Assembly: GCA_964425745.1 (NCBI GenBank)
Contig: CAYRNW010000011.1
Coordinates: 8,505-72,504, forward strand
Length of the DNA: 64,000 nt
Source: an uncultured Eubacteriales bacterium
GTDB taxonomy: Bacteria > Bacillota > JAAYKD01
Direction: 5' to 3'
Below, in pieces: positions 56,633-64,000 of this stretch. Positions within the stretch are counted from its first letter, which is position 1, and each line of letters starts with the position of its first letter. The translations under genes and the position numbers were made by a program. Below the pieces are notes generated by a model. It ran no database searches, was not told the DNA's origin, and was given only the letters and a program-made list of their open reading frames with translations.

Positions 56633-57897
56633 TGAAACAATTTATGCATATTCTCAATTTCGAGTTTTCCGGATACCTCAAAAACAAAGTTTTCATTGGC
56701 GTCACCTTGGTTATGGTTTTGGTGGTCACGGGTGTGCTATTCTTTCCGCGCATTTCCACCCTCTGGAGCAAAGAGGAACCGATTCCCGAACCGCCATCCA
56801 CGACAGAACCGGTAGAAGGCGAACGACCGATTGTGTTTTTGGTTGATGAAACTGCTGCCGACCCGCAAAGCACGCTTACGTATTTCCAGAGTTTTTGGGT
56901 GCATAAAGATATCCGTCTTAGTCAACTTTCGGTAGAAGAATTGACCGAACAAGTGGAACAGGATAGCATCAGCGCTGCCATTGTGCTGCATACCCCCACG
57001 CAATACACCTACATTGTCAATAATGTTGGCATGTACGAAAGCCCGCGGTCAGAGATCAGCCAGTTGCTCCTGGAAAAGCATCGTTTGGACCAGATGACAG
57101 CACTGGGGATATCGCCGGAGCAAGTGGGAAGTATCCTCTATGCACCGATCGATGGGGAAGTCATCCAGACCGGCAAAGATCAAATGGATAATTTCTTCTA
57201 CACCTACATCTTGATTTTTGGCTTGTATATGGCAATTTTGCTATACGGGCAGTTGGTTGCGACCAGCGTGGCCAGCGAAAAGAGCTCGCGTGCCATGGAA
57301 TTGTTGATTACCAGTGCTAAACCTGCCAACCTGATGTTCGGCAAGGTTTTAGGCTCTGGGCTTGCGGGATTGATGCAATTGGTGGCGATTTTGGGGACAT
57401 CCTTTTTGTGCTTTAACATCACCAAGGCCGATTGGGTGGGGAATCCGATCGTCAACTCGATCTTTAATATGCCGGTCTCGATTTTACTGTATACGATTTT
57501 GTTTTTCCTCTTGGGATATTTTATTTACGCATTTTTGTATGGCGCGGTGGGATCGCTGGCCTCAAAAGTGGAAGACATCAACACTTCGGTAATGCCGATT
57601 ACCTTCCTCTTTATAGCTGCATTTATGATCGTCATGTTCTCGATGACCAGCGGCAATGTGGAGAATCCGCTGATGATCGTCGCTTCCTTCGTGCCCTTCA
57701 CCTCACCGATGGCGATGTTTGTGCGGATTGCAATGGGTGAGCCGAAAACCATTGAAATCATCGTGTCGGTGGCGATTTTGCTGGCCTCAACGATAGGCAT
57801 CGGATACATCTCCGCGAAAATCTACCGCGTTGGTGTGCTGATGTATGGCAAACCACCCAAACTGACAACTCTATTGAAGTCGCTCAAAAACGCTTAA
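56632..57897 (+). CDS. ABC-2 permease (NatB/YhaP-like)
   Basis: SVASEKSSRAMELL, GKVLG and PFTSPM motifs. Confidence 0.88.
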   Translation: MKQFMHILNFEFSGYLKNKVFIGVTLVMVLVVTGVLFFPRISTLWSKEEPIPEPPSTTEPVEGERPIVFLVDETAADPQSTLTYFQSFWVHKDIRLSQLSVEELTEQVEQDSISAAIVLHTPTQYTYIVNNVGMYESPRSEISQLLLEKHRLDQMTALGISPEQVGSILYAPIDGEVIQTGKDQMDNFFYTYILIFGLYMAILLYGQLVATSVASEKSSRAMELLITSAKPANLMFGKVLGSGLAGLMQLVAILGTSFLCFNITKADWVGNPIVNSIFNMPVSILLYTILFFLLGYFIYAFLYGAVGSLASKVEDINTSVMPITFLFIAAFMIVMFSMTSGNVENPLMIVASFVPFTSPMAMFVRIAMGEPKTIEIIVSVAILLASTIGIGYISAKIYRVGVLMYGKPPKLTTLLKSLKNA

Positions 57898-57905
57898 TAT
57901 TAATG

Positions 57906-57940
57906 ATTTTCAAGGTGGGGACAGTCCCCACCTTGAAAAT
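57906..57940. repeat. Perfect family-C palindrome
   Basis: ATTTTCAAGGTGGGGAC-A-GTCCCCACCTTGAAAAT. Confidence 0.9.
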
Positions 57941-57947
57941 TTGAGTT

Positions 57948-58015
57948 GGGGACGGTTCTCTCCTTCGGTTTTATTCCAATAAAATGGTATAATGAAGGGG
58001 TAGAGAACCGTCCCC
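57948..58015. repeat. 68-bp family-A REPIN
   Basis: Inverted arms; spacer contains TGGTATAAT. Confidence 0.9.
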
Positions 58016-58120
58016 AAGAAAGATAAGAATGCGATGAGAACATGCTGTTCACGGTGGATTGGAGCGACTTGGATTTAGAAGTTTAAGTGTATAGAGAAGT
58101 TGTAAATAAGGGGGACTTTT

Positions 58121-58672
58121 ATGAAACTACTTTTATTGTTCGGTGATGCTGCGGTCGGGAAGATGACAGTAGGCCAGGAGCTGATGAAGATCACCGACCT
58201 CAGGCTCTTCCATAACCACATGACCATTGAACCCGTGCTCGAGGTTTTTGGTAGCTTTCAAAGCAAAACCATTGATCGATTGCGCCAGGTGATCTTTGAG
58301 GATTTTGCTCGAACCGACAATTATGGCTTGATATTTACGTTTATGTGGGCCTTTAACCAGCAAGCCGATTGGGACTACGTGCAGCGAGTGCGAGAAATCT
58401 TTGAACATCAAGGGGCCGAGATCTATTATGTGGAGCTTGTTGCCCCGCAAGAGATTCGTTTGCAGCGGAATGTGACCGAGAATCGATTGAAAAACAAGGC
58501 CTCGAAACGCGATCTAGAGCGTTCCACGCAGCGGATTTTGGCCGACGATGAACGCTACCGATGTGTCAGCCTAGACGGGGAGATCCCTTTTGATAATTAT
58601 TTGAAAATCGATAACTCTCATCTTACGGCTGCAGAGGTGGCGGAGATGATCAAAATGCATTTTGGGTTGTAG
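58121..58672 (+). CDS. P-loop NTPase (AAA / shikimate-kinase-like)
   Basis: GDAAVGKMT Walker A, LFHNH and R..RN...NRL..K.SKRD. Confidence 0.8.
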   Translation: MKLLLLFGDAAVGKMTVGQELMKITDLRLFHNHMTIEPVLEVFGSFQSKTIDRLRQVIFEDFARTDNYGLIFTFMWAFNQQADWDYVQRVREIFEHQGAEIYYVELVAPQEIRLQRNVTENRLKNKASKRDLERSTQRILADDERYRCVSLDGEIPFDNYLKIDNSHLTAAEVAEMIKMHFGL

Positions 58673-58684
58673 GGTGGTCTACTT

Positions 58685-58752
58685 GGGGACGGTTCTCTCT
58701 TTCGATTATTTACCAGTAAAATGGTATAATTTGAGAGGAGAGAACCGTCCCC
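58685..58752. repeat. 68-bp family-A REPIN
   Basis: Inverted arms; spacer contains TGGTATAAT. Confidence 0.9.
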
Positions 58753-58805
58753 AACTCATATCTTCAACCCAGATCATTATTTGCAAATAAATAAAGAAAA
58801 TAAAC

Positions 58806-58834
58806 TTGACATAAATAAAAACTTGTATTATACT
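58806..58834 (+). promoter_or_regulatory. Sigma-A promoter
   Basis: TTGACA, 17 bp, TATACT. Confidence 0.75.
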
Positions 58835-58890
58835 GTGACAAAATAAACCTAGACGATTGAGCTGGGAATGAGAGAGGAAGTCACAGTTAA

Positions 58891-60042
58891 ATGGATCAAT
58901 CAAAAAGAGACGAGCTGCTTGAACAAGGCTTTGCCATTGCTTATTGCGCCGGGTATTACGATGCAGAGAGGCGCCGCTATGCTTATGGCGTAATTATGAT
59001 CGACGAAAAACACCAGGAGCATGAAATTTGCGGCTCCGGCATGAATCAAAAGTATCTCGATGCACAGGCTGTTGCCGGTGAAATTTTTGGCGTTTTGAAT
59101 GCAATGGATTGGGCGGTTTCTAACGGATACGATAAACTCATCATTTTTAACCAATCCGAGCAAATTGGAAAATGGATAGCAGATGAGCTGAGGCCTGAAG
59201 GGCGTGCTGCCAAAATGCTACACATCATCTATGAGACAAAATATGCTGAAGTTTTGCAATGTGAAATTCAAACCGTGCAAGAGGATGATAAATATATTTT
59301 AAAAGCTATTGAGTATTCGAAGAAACCACTTACGGAAGGAAAGAGGATTCCGGTGTCAGGGGATCATTGGTTTCTGACTGAAGCAATCGGTGTCGAAACG
59401 ATTTCGAATGTCATAGAAAGCATGAAAACTGACTGTGATTCTTTGATTGTACAAAAGCAAGAAGGAAATAGCAAGGTTTGTTACAGTTTGACAATGGACA
59501 CGGACCATTTAATAGTAACGCAGTACACGACCTCGAAGCAACGTTTATTGGTTCGCGGCGCAGATTCTATCTTGTTTCAAATCTTTGTAACGTATTTAAA
59601 TGAGCATGCGGATATCGAAATTGAAAAAGTTTTAAGCGATGCATATCGTAAACGGATTGACTCCCTTGTCCTTGATCAAGAAGTGGCCGTCTTTTTCCCG
59701 ACGGTATCGCCAAAGTTTTCCAAAAAGGCAGAGCGTTTGGTGCGGCAGGGGGTCATCCATTTAAGCCATTTTACGGAAAGGGACGGATATTTCCGCTATG
59801 TTTTGCCAATTATAAAAGCTAGAGCTGCCTGGTTGAAAGAGCATGTCAGTGAGACAGAAGTTGTGGAGGATCTGGAGGAGTATTACAAGCGCATGTTGGG
59901 CTACAAGGGAGCGGTGAAAAGTTCAAAAGACCTGTTGCAAGGTCTCGCTACTTCTCCGCGCATTGCAAATAAAGAAGACGCCGATACCCTCATCCGTAAT
60001 ACCTTGTATGATCTCAATGCGAGCGTTGTGATGTTGAAATAA
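58891..60042 (+). CDS. Degenerate RNase H-like domain fused to an RnlA-like region
   Basis: AYCAGYY..YAYGV, VAGEIFG...AMDWA and IGKW resemble RNase HI; the middle and C-terminal parts resemble the RnlA architecture. Confidence 0.55.
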   Translation: MDQSKRDELLEQGFAIAYCAGYYDAERRRYAYGVIMIDEKHQEHEICGSGMNQKYLDAQAVAGEIFGVLNAMDWAVSNGYDKLIIFNQSEQIGKWIADELRPEGRAAKMLHIIYETKYAEVLQCEIQTVQEDDKYILKAIEYSKKPLTEGKRIPVSGDHWFLTEAIGVETISNVIESMKTDCDSLIVQKQEGNSKVCYSLTMDTDHLIVTQYTTSKQRLLVRGADSILFQIFVTYLNEHADIEIEKVLSDAYRKRIDSLVLDQEVAVFFPTVSPKFSKKAERLVRQGVIHLSHFTERDGYFRYVLPIIKARAAWLKEHVSETEVVEDLEEYYKRMLGYKGAVKSSKDLLQGLATSPRIANKEDADTLIRNTLYDLNASVVMLK

Positions 60043-60092
60043 AGGGAAGCCTTCTTTATAAAATAGCATAATCATTGTTATTACAGAAGGAG

Positions 60093-60164
60093 ACCGTTAC
60101 CAAGACAGTTAATAACACCGTTACCAAGACTGTTTATAACAACGTAAACATGATAGTTAACATG
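60093..60164 (+). repeat. 24-bp tandem repeat (2 good copies, 1 degenerate)
   Basis: ACCGTTACCAAGACAGTTAATAAC / ACCGTTACCAAGACTGTTTATAAC / AACGTAAACATGATAGTTAACATG. Confidence 0.75.
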
Positions 60165-60172
60165 ACCAATTG

Positions 60173-60209
60173 AAAAAGCCAACGGGTTTTAAAACCGTCG
60201 GCTTTTTTT
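60173..60209. terminator. Bidirectional terminator
   Basis: AAAAAGCCAACGG / CCGTCGGCTTTTTTT. Confidence 0.8.
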
Positions 60210-60244
60210 ATTGACTTTTTACTTACAACTAACGCTATGGATGG

Positions 60245-60880
60245 TTAAATTTCGCACGAGGGGTCAGACCCCTCGTGCGAAAATAATTGCCAAACTTGTT
60301 CGGCGAGTCGTAAGACGCAGTCGCGAGTTACTCGTATCGGAGGGCAGGGAATCCCTTCGCATTCGCAGGGCTGTTCGGCTATCCTGTGCGCAAATTTTTC
60401 AATCGTCGCCGCCGATAGCCCGGGCATCGCTTCACCCTTGGCTGCCAATAGAGCAGGCTGAACTTGATCTGTCCACCATGGTTCGTGCATTTGCTGGTAA
60501 TCGAAACGGAAGCAGTCATCCCATCCTGCTCCAAACTTGGAGATTTTGGGCAGATCCAGCTGCTTCATTTCCATCCATATCTCGTCGTGCTCCCCGGCGT
60601 CCCAAGCAATATCTGTGAGCAAGTGAATATAATATCCTAACCAAAGATCTGCATCGGCGCTATCCGGACGAGAATCATAAAATTCCCACGCCTGTTCCGC
60701 CCACACTGCTAAATTTTTATGCCGCACATGCCGTCCCCATCGCTCCTCTTTTGGAACATTCCCCGCAAAGTGGACGCTATCGGGCGCGATACACCCAGTA
60801 TAAAAAGGGGATAGCCGTTGCACCTGCAAGCGCTCCCTTAACACATGCCCGACGAATAAATGCATCATTTCGCTGGCCAT
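60245..60880 (-). CDS. Zinc-dependent phospholipase C-like family protein
   Basis: N-terminal MHL, GCIAPD and GYYIHLLTD motifs; GGAG RBS. Confidence 0.7.
   Translation of the reverse strand: MASEMMHLFVGHVLRERLQVQRLSPFYTGCIAPDSVHFAGNVPKEERWGRHVRHKNLAVWAEQAWEFYDSRPDSADADLWLGYYIHLLTDIAWDAGEHDEIWMEMKQLDLPKISKFGAGWDDCFRFDYQQMHEPWWTDQVQPALLAAKGEAMPGLSAATIEKFAHRIAEQPCECEGIPCPPIRVTRDCVLRLAEQVWQLFSHEGSDPSCEI
60250..60282. repeat. Perfect family-B palindrome forming the 3' end of a gene
   Basis: TTTCGCACGAGGGGTC-A-GACCCCTCGTGCGAAA. Confidence 0.9.
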
Positions 60881-60900
60881 TGTAATCTCCTTCGACTCAT

Positions 60901-62022
60901 CTACATGATTTTTGCTATGATTTGCGATGCTAAAACCACGCAGATCAAGGCAATGGGATAGGTTGCAGCGTACGCCGCAGCCACTTGATCGGTTCCGGCG
61001 ACCGTAATTAAGGTGCCCAGAGCCGGGGTGCTGGTCATGCCGCCGCAGATTGCCCCAAGATTATCGAGCAGGTTTAGTTTGAAAATATTTTTTGCCATGA
61101 AGTAGCCAATCACCATTGGCAGTAGGGTAATCATAGCACCGATTAAGAATAAGCCCACACCATGCTCCTGCACAACCGCCACGAATCCGCTACCAGCGCC
61201 GGTTCCCGCACCGATTAAGAAGAGCATTAGCCCTAATTCACGTAAGGTTTCCAAGGTTTTCTTGGGCACACCGAGCGAATAGGTACCGATATGTCCAAAA
61301 TGGCCGAATATAAGTCCTGCTAATAAGGGACCGCCTGAGGTTCCTAAGCTGAATTCAGCACCTCCGGGTAAGGGGACTACGATTCTGCCCAGCCATAGAC
61401 CAATAAAAAGGGCAAGCGTCAATTGGAGCATGCCGGAAGCGTCGAAAACGCGATATTTTGAGCCGTTCGTAGGAGCGCTGCTTTCTTCTTCTGAAGGTTG
61501 CATGAGTTTGCTGCGTTCGCTATCCATATTATAGCGGCCGAATTTTGGTATGAGTTGGACAAAAAGCACGACACCGATGACGCCAAAGGGATAAGCGATA
61601 CCGTAGCCAACCGAGGCAAGATCGCTGCCGGTGGCTTCGATGGCAGCGGCCAAGCCAGGTGTCGAGGTTAAAGCGCCTGACATCATACCAATTGCTAAAG
61701 GAGTGGGGAGGTCGAAAAATGAGATGACGGCCATGGTTGAGACAGCGCCAACTATGATAATACTAACGCCTAAAATGACATAAGCAATTGCTTGCTTCCT
61801 GAATCCGCGAAAAAAGACAGGTCCGGCAATGTAACCAACCGCTCCCACAAAACAGGCTAAGCCGAAATCTTTAATTAATGAAGGCACTAAGAATCCATAA
61901 TGGCCAAACACCAGGGCAACCAGCAAAACACCGGAAGTACCCAGTTGCAAGCCGTTGATTTTAATATTGCCCAAAAAATACCCTAAGGCGGCTATCAAAA
62001 AGACTAACATCACTGCAGGCAA
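60901..62022 (-). CDS. AspT/YidE/YbjL family transporter lacking TrkA-C domains
   Basis: Duplicated GALTSTPGL / GGMTSTPAL and Y.IAYP motifs; TTG start after AAGGAG. Confidence 0.85.
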   Translation of the reverse strand: MPAVMLVFLIAALGYFLGNIKINGLQLGTSGVLLVALVFGHYGFLVPSLIKDFGLACFVGAVGYIAGPVFFRGFRKQAIAYVILGVSIIIVGAVSTMAVISFFDLPTPLAIGMMSGALTSTPGLAAAIEATGSDLASVGYGIAYPFGVIGVVLFVQLIPKFGRYNMDSERSKLMQPSEEESSAPTNGSKYRVFDASGMLQLTLALFIGLWLGRIVVPLPGGAEFSLGTSGGPLLAGLIFGHFGHIGTYSLGVPKKTLETLRELGLMLFLIGAGTGAGSGFVAVVQEHGVGLFLIGAMITLLPMVIGYFMAKNIFKLNLLDNLGAICGGMTSTPALGTLITVAGTDQVAAAYAATYPIALICVVLASQIIAKIM

Positions 62023-62187
62023 ACGAATCGACTCCTTTATTGCGGGGATTGTGAATATACGTTGAAATCTAAAGGTTATGGTTCAACAACCACCTCCGTA
62101 GTCCCTTCAATTCAGCGCTTGGGACATCTTGAAGAACGAAAGGAGAAATTTGCATTTGGGGTTGGGGAAGGAGTTGATGATGGGGTT

Positions 62188-62359
62188 GGGGACGGTTCTC
62201 TGCTGCTGAAAATTACCAATAAAATGGAATAGTAGTAGAGTAGAGTAGGGTAAATGTTTAATCGTTTTAAGAGACAGATGTCATTTAATTTTATAGATAA
62301 TAAGAACCCTGAAAGCCTGGAAAATAACTGGAAAAAATCGAAGGCAGAGAACCGTCCCC
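62188..62359. repeat. Family-A inverted arm pair (172 bp)
   Basis: GGGGACGGTTCTCTGC ... GCAGAGAACCGTCCCC. Confidence 0.88.
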
Positions 62360-62463
62360 ATAAAACCCATAAACTGTCCCTTATTTATTTGAGAAAACAT
62401 GGTATAATGAGTTAAGTTACAGTTAATAATCCGCAATTATAGTGACCACTAAGAGGTGATTTC

Positions 62464-63138
62464 ATGTTTCACATACTTGTCGTCGATGATGATAAAAACA
62501 CACGCAAACTCATGCAAGCTTGGCTGGAGGCGGAGCATTACACCGTCTTTACTGCCGAAAACGGAGAAGACGCCCTGAAGATGCTCGAGCAAGAACACAT
62601 CGACCTGGTTGTTTTAGATATTATGATGCCAAAAATCGATGGCTACATGTTCACGCGCACTCTGAGATCCACCCTGAACACCCTGCCCATCCTCATGGTT
62701 TCAGCAAAACAACTCCCAGCCGACCGTAAGCAAGGTTTTCTGGTGGGCACCGATGACTACATGACCAAGCCGGTGGACCCCGAGGAAATGCTTCTGCGCA
62801 TCAAGGCACTGTTGCGCCGTGCCCAAATTGTCAGTGAGCGCCGCATTAACATCGGCGAAGTCACCCTCGATTACGATTCCTTCACCGTCACTAGAGCCGG
62901 CGAAACTCAAGTGCTCCCCCAAAAAGAATTCCTCTTACTCTACAAACTACTCTCTTACCCAAGTAAAATCTTTACTCGCATTCAACTCATGGATGAAATT
63001 TGGGGGATCGACAGCGATACCAACTGGGAAACCATCACTGTGCACATCAATCGGCTACGCAAACGCTTTGAAAACTACCCCGAATTCAGCATTGAATCTG
63101 TCCGCGGACTCGGCTACAAGGCGGTGAAAAATTCATGA
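62464..63138 (+). CDS. OmpR-family response regulator (HssR-like)
   Basis: ILVVDD, LDIMMP, DDYMTKP and wHTH TVHINRLR...VRGLGY. Confidence 0.92.
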   Translation: MFHILVVDDDKNTRKLMQAWLEAEHYTVFTAENGEDALKMLEQEHIDLVVLDIMMPKIDGYMFTRTLRSTLNTLPILMVSAKQLPADRKQGFLVGTDDYMTKPVDPEEMLLRIKALLRRAQIVSERRINIGEVTLDYDSFTVTRAGETQVLPQKEFLLLYKLLSYPSKIFTRIQLMDEIWGIDSDTNWETITVHINRLRKRFENYPEFSIESVRGLGYKAVKNS

Positions 63139-64000
63139 AAAACACCCTGCCTCGCTTCGGTCTGATCACCCTAGCTTTTTCGGCCCTCGTTTTCATCATC
63201 CAATCGGTTACCCTCATCATCACCGGCCTGCTTTTTATGGCCCTCTACCATTTTGGCTTCATCGCTGTTCACAACATCTGGACTCCGCTCATCGTCATGG
63301 CCCTCTTTTCGCTAATACTCGGCACCATCATTTCCCTCTTTTTCAGCAAACGCCCCTTGCGGCCGATCAACGCAATTATCGACGGGCTCAATAAATTAGC
63401 GAAGGGCGACTATGAGGCGCGTATTGACCTGGGTAAACTTCACGGTGCCAAGGAATTGACCAACAGCTTCAACACACTGGCCACCGAACTACAAAATACC
63501 GAAATGTTACGCTCTGACTTCGTTAACAACTTCTCGCACGAATTTAAAACCCCCATTGTTTCGATCAGCGGCTTTGCCAACCTCCTACAAAAGGTGGACC
63601 TACCCGAAGAACAACGCCGCGAATACCTGCAAATCATCGCTGAAGAAGCCAATCGTCTTGCCGACATGGCCACTAGTGTGATGAACCTCACCAAAATTGA
63701 AAATCAAAGCATCCTCACCGATGTTAAGACGTATAACCTCTCGGAACAGCTGCGCACTTGCATTTTGCTTTTAGAGAAAAGATGGAGTGCCAAGCAACTC
63801 GTTTTTGAGGCAGACTTCGCTGAACAACAAATCACCGCTAACGAAGAACTGCTTAAACAAATGTGGATCAACCTCATCGATAACGCTATAAAATTCGCGA
63901 ACCCGGGCGGTACTGTCAAAATCAGCATTGAGCAACAAGATAGCCGCTGTGCCGTCTCTATTTGTAACACTGGCCCACGCATACCGGAGGAAGAGCAAAA
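63135..64000 (+). CDS. HAMP-domain sensor histidine kinase (3' partial)
   Basis: ATGA overlap; two TMs, HAMP, FSHEFKTP H-box and WINLIDNAIKF N-box; runs off the window. Confidence 0.9.
   Translation, partial: MKNTLPRFGLITLAFSALVFIIQSVTLIITGLLFMALYHFGFIAVHNIWTPLIVMALFSLILGTIISLFFSKRPLRPINAIIDGLNKLAKGDYEARIDLGKLHGAKELTNSFNTLATELQNTEMLRSDFVNNFSHEFKTPIVSISGFANLLQKVDLPEEQRREYLQIIAEEANRLADMATSVMNLTKIENQSILTDVKTYNLSEQLRTCILLLEKRWSAKQLVFEADFAEQQITANEELLKQMWINLIDNAIKFANPGGTVKISIEQQDSRCAVSICNTGPRIPEEEQ

Noticed and set aside
62030-62130. c-di-AMP (ydaO) riboswitch upstream of the YidE-like transporter
   Set aside because: Only the 5' GCTGAA...ACGGAGG resemblance is present; the conserved 3' elements are missing.

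Overview
Chromosomal window from an anaerobic Bacillota (Firmicutes)-like bacterium, inferred from SLH proteins, class III RNR, sigma-A promoters and GGAGG RBSs. It holds about 60 CDSs, mostly on the + strand, one tRNA-Ala(GGC) and a NiCo riboswitch. I see no rRNA, CRISPR array, integrase or prophage. The most striking signal is a REP/REPIN-like system. An HUH tyrosine transposase (RAYT/TnpA-Y1, 13235-14020) is bracketed by inverted GGGGACGGTTCTCTCCCC arms, and about 30 such arms are scattered through the window. Seven arm pairs form units of exactly 68 bp despite divergent spacers. Other pairs enclose cargo (a terminator, a GNAT gene with its promoter), and element ends show stuttered duplications. 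Single arms occur inside protein-coding genes in register with conserved Gly-containing motifs; one SLH motif has no length change, which looks like overwriting rather than insertion. Two more GGGG(A/T)C palindrome families occur, one forming an in-frame linker in a fused oxidoreductase. Other notable loci: an ImmA/XRE-controlled DinB + SRAP + small-protein cassette with face-to-face promoters; a uORF/hairpin/terminator leader before a heterodimeric ABC exporter; a hydantoinase-process-like catabolic cluster; an ApbE flavinylation module; NrdD fused to a redoxin; a deletion-inactivated AbiE toxin next to the tRNA; and a degenerate RNase H-RnlA-like fusion. All assignments come from motif reading by eye; no database searches were run.
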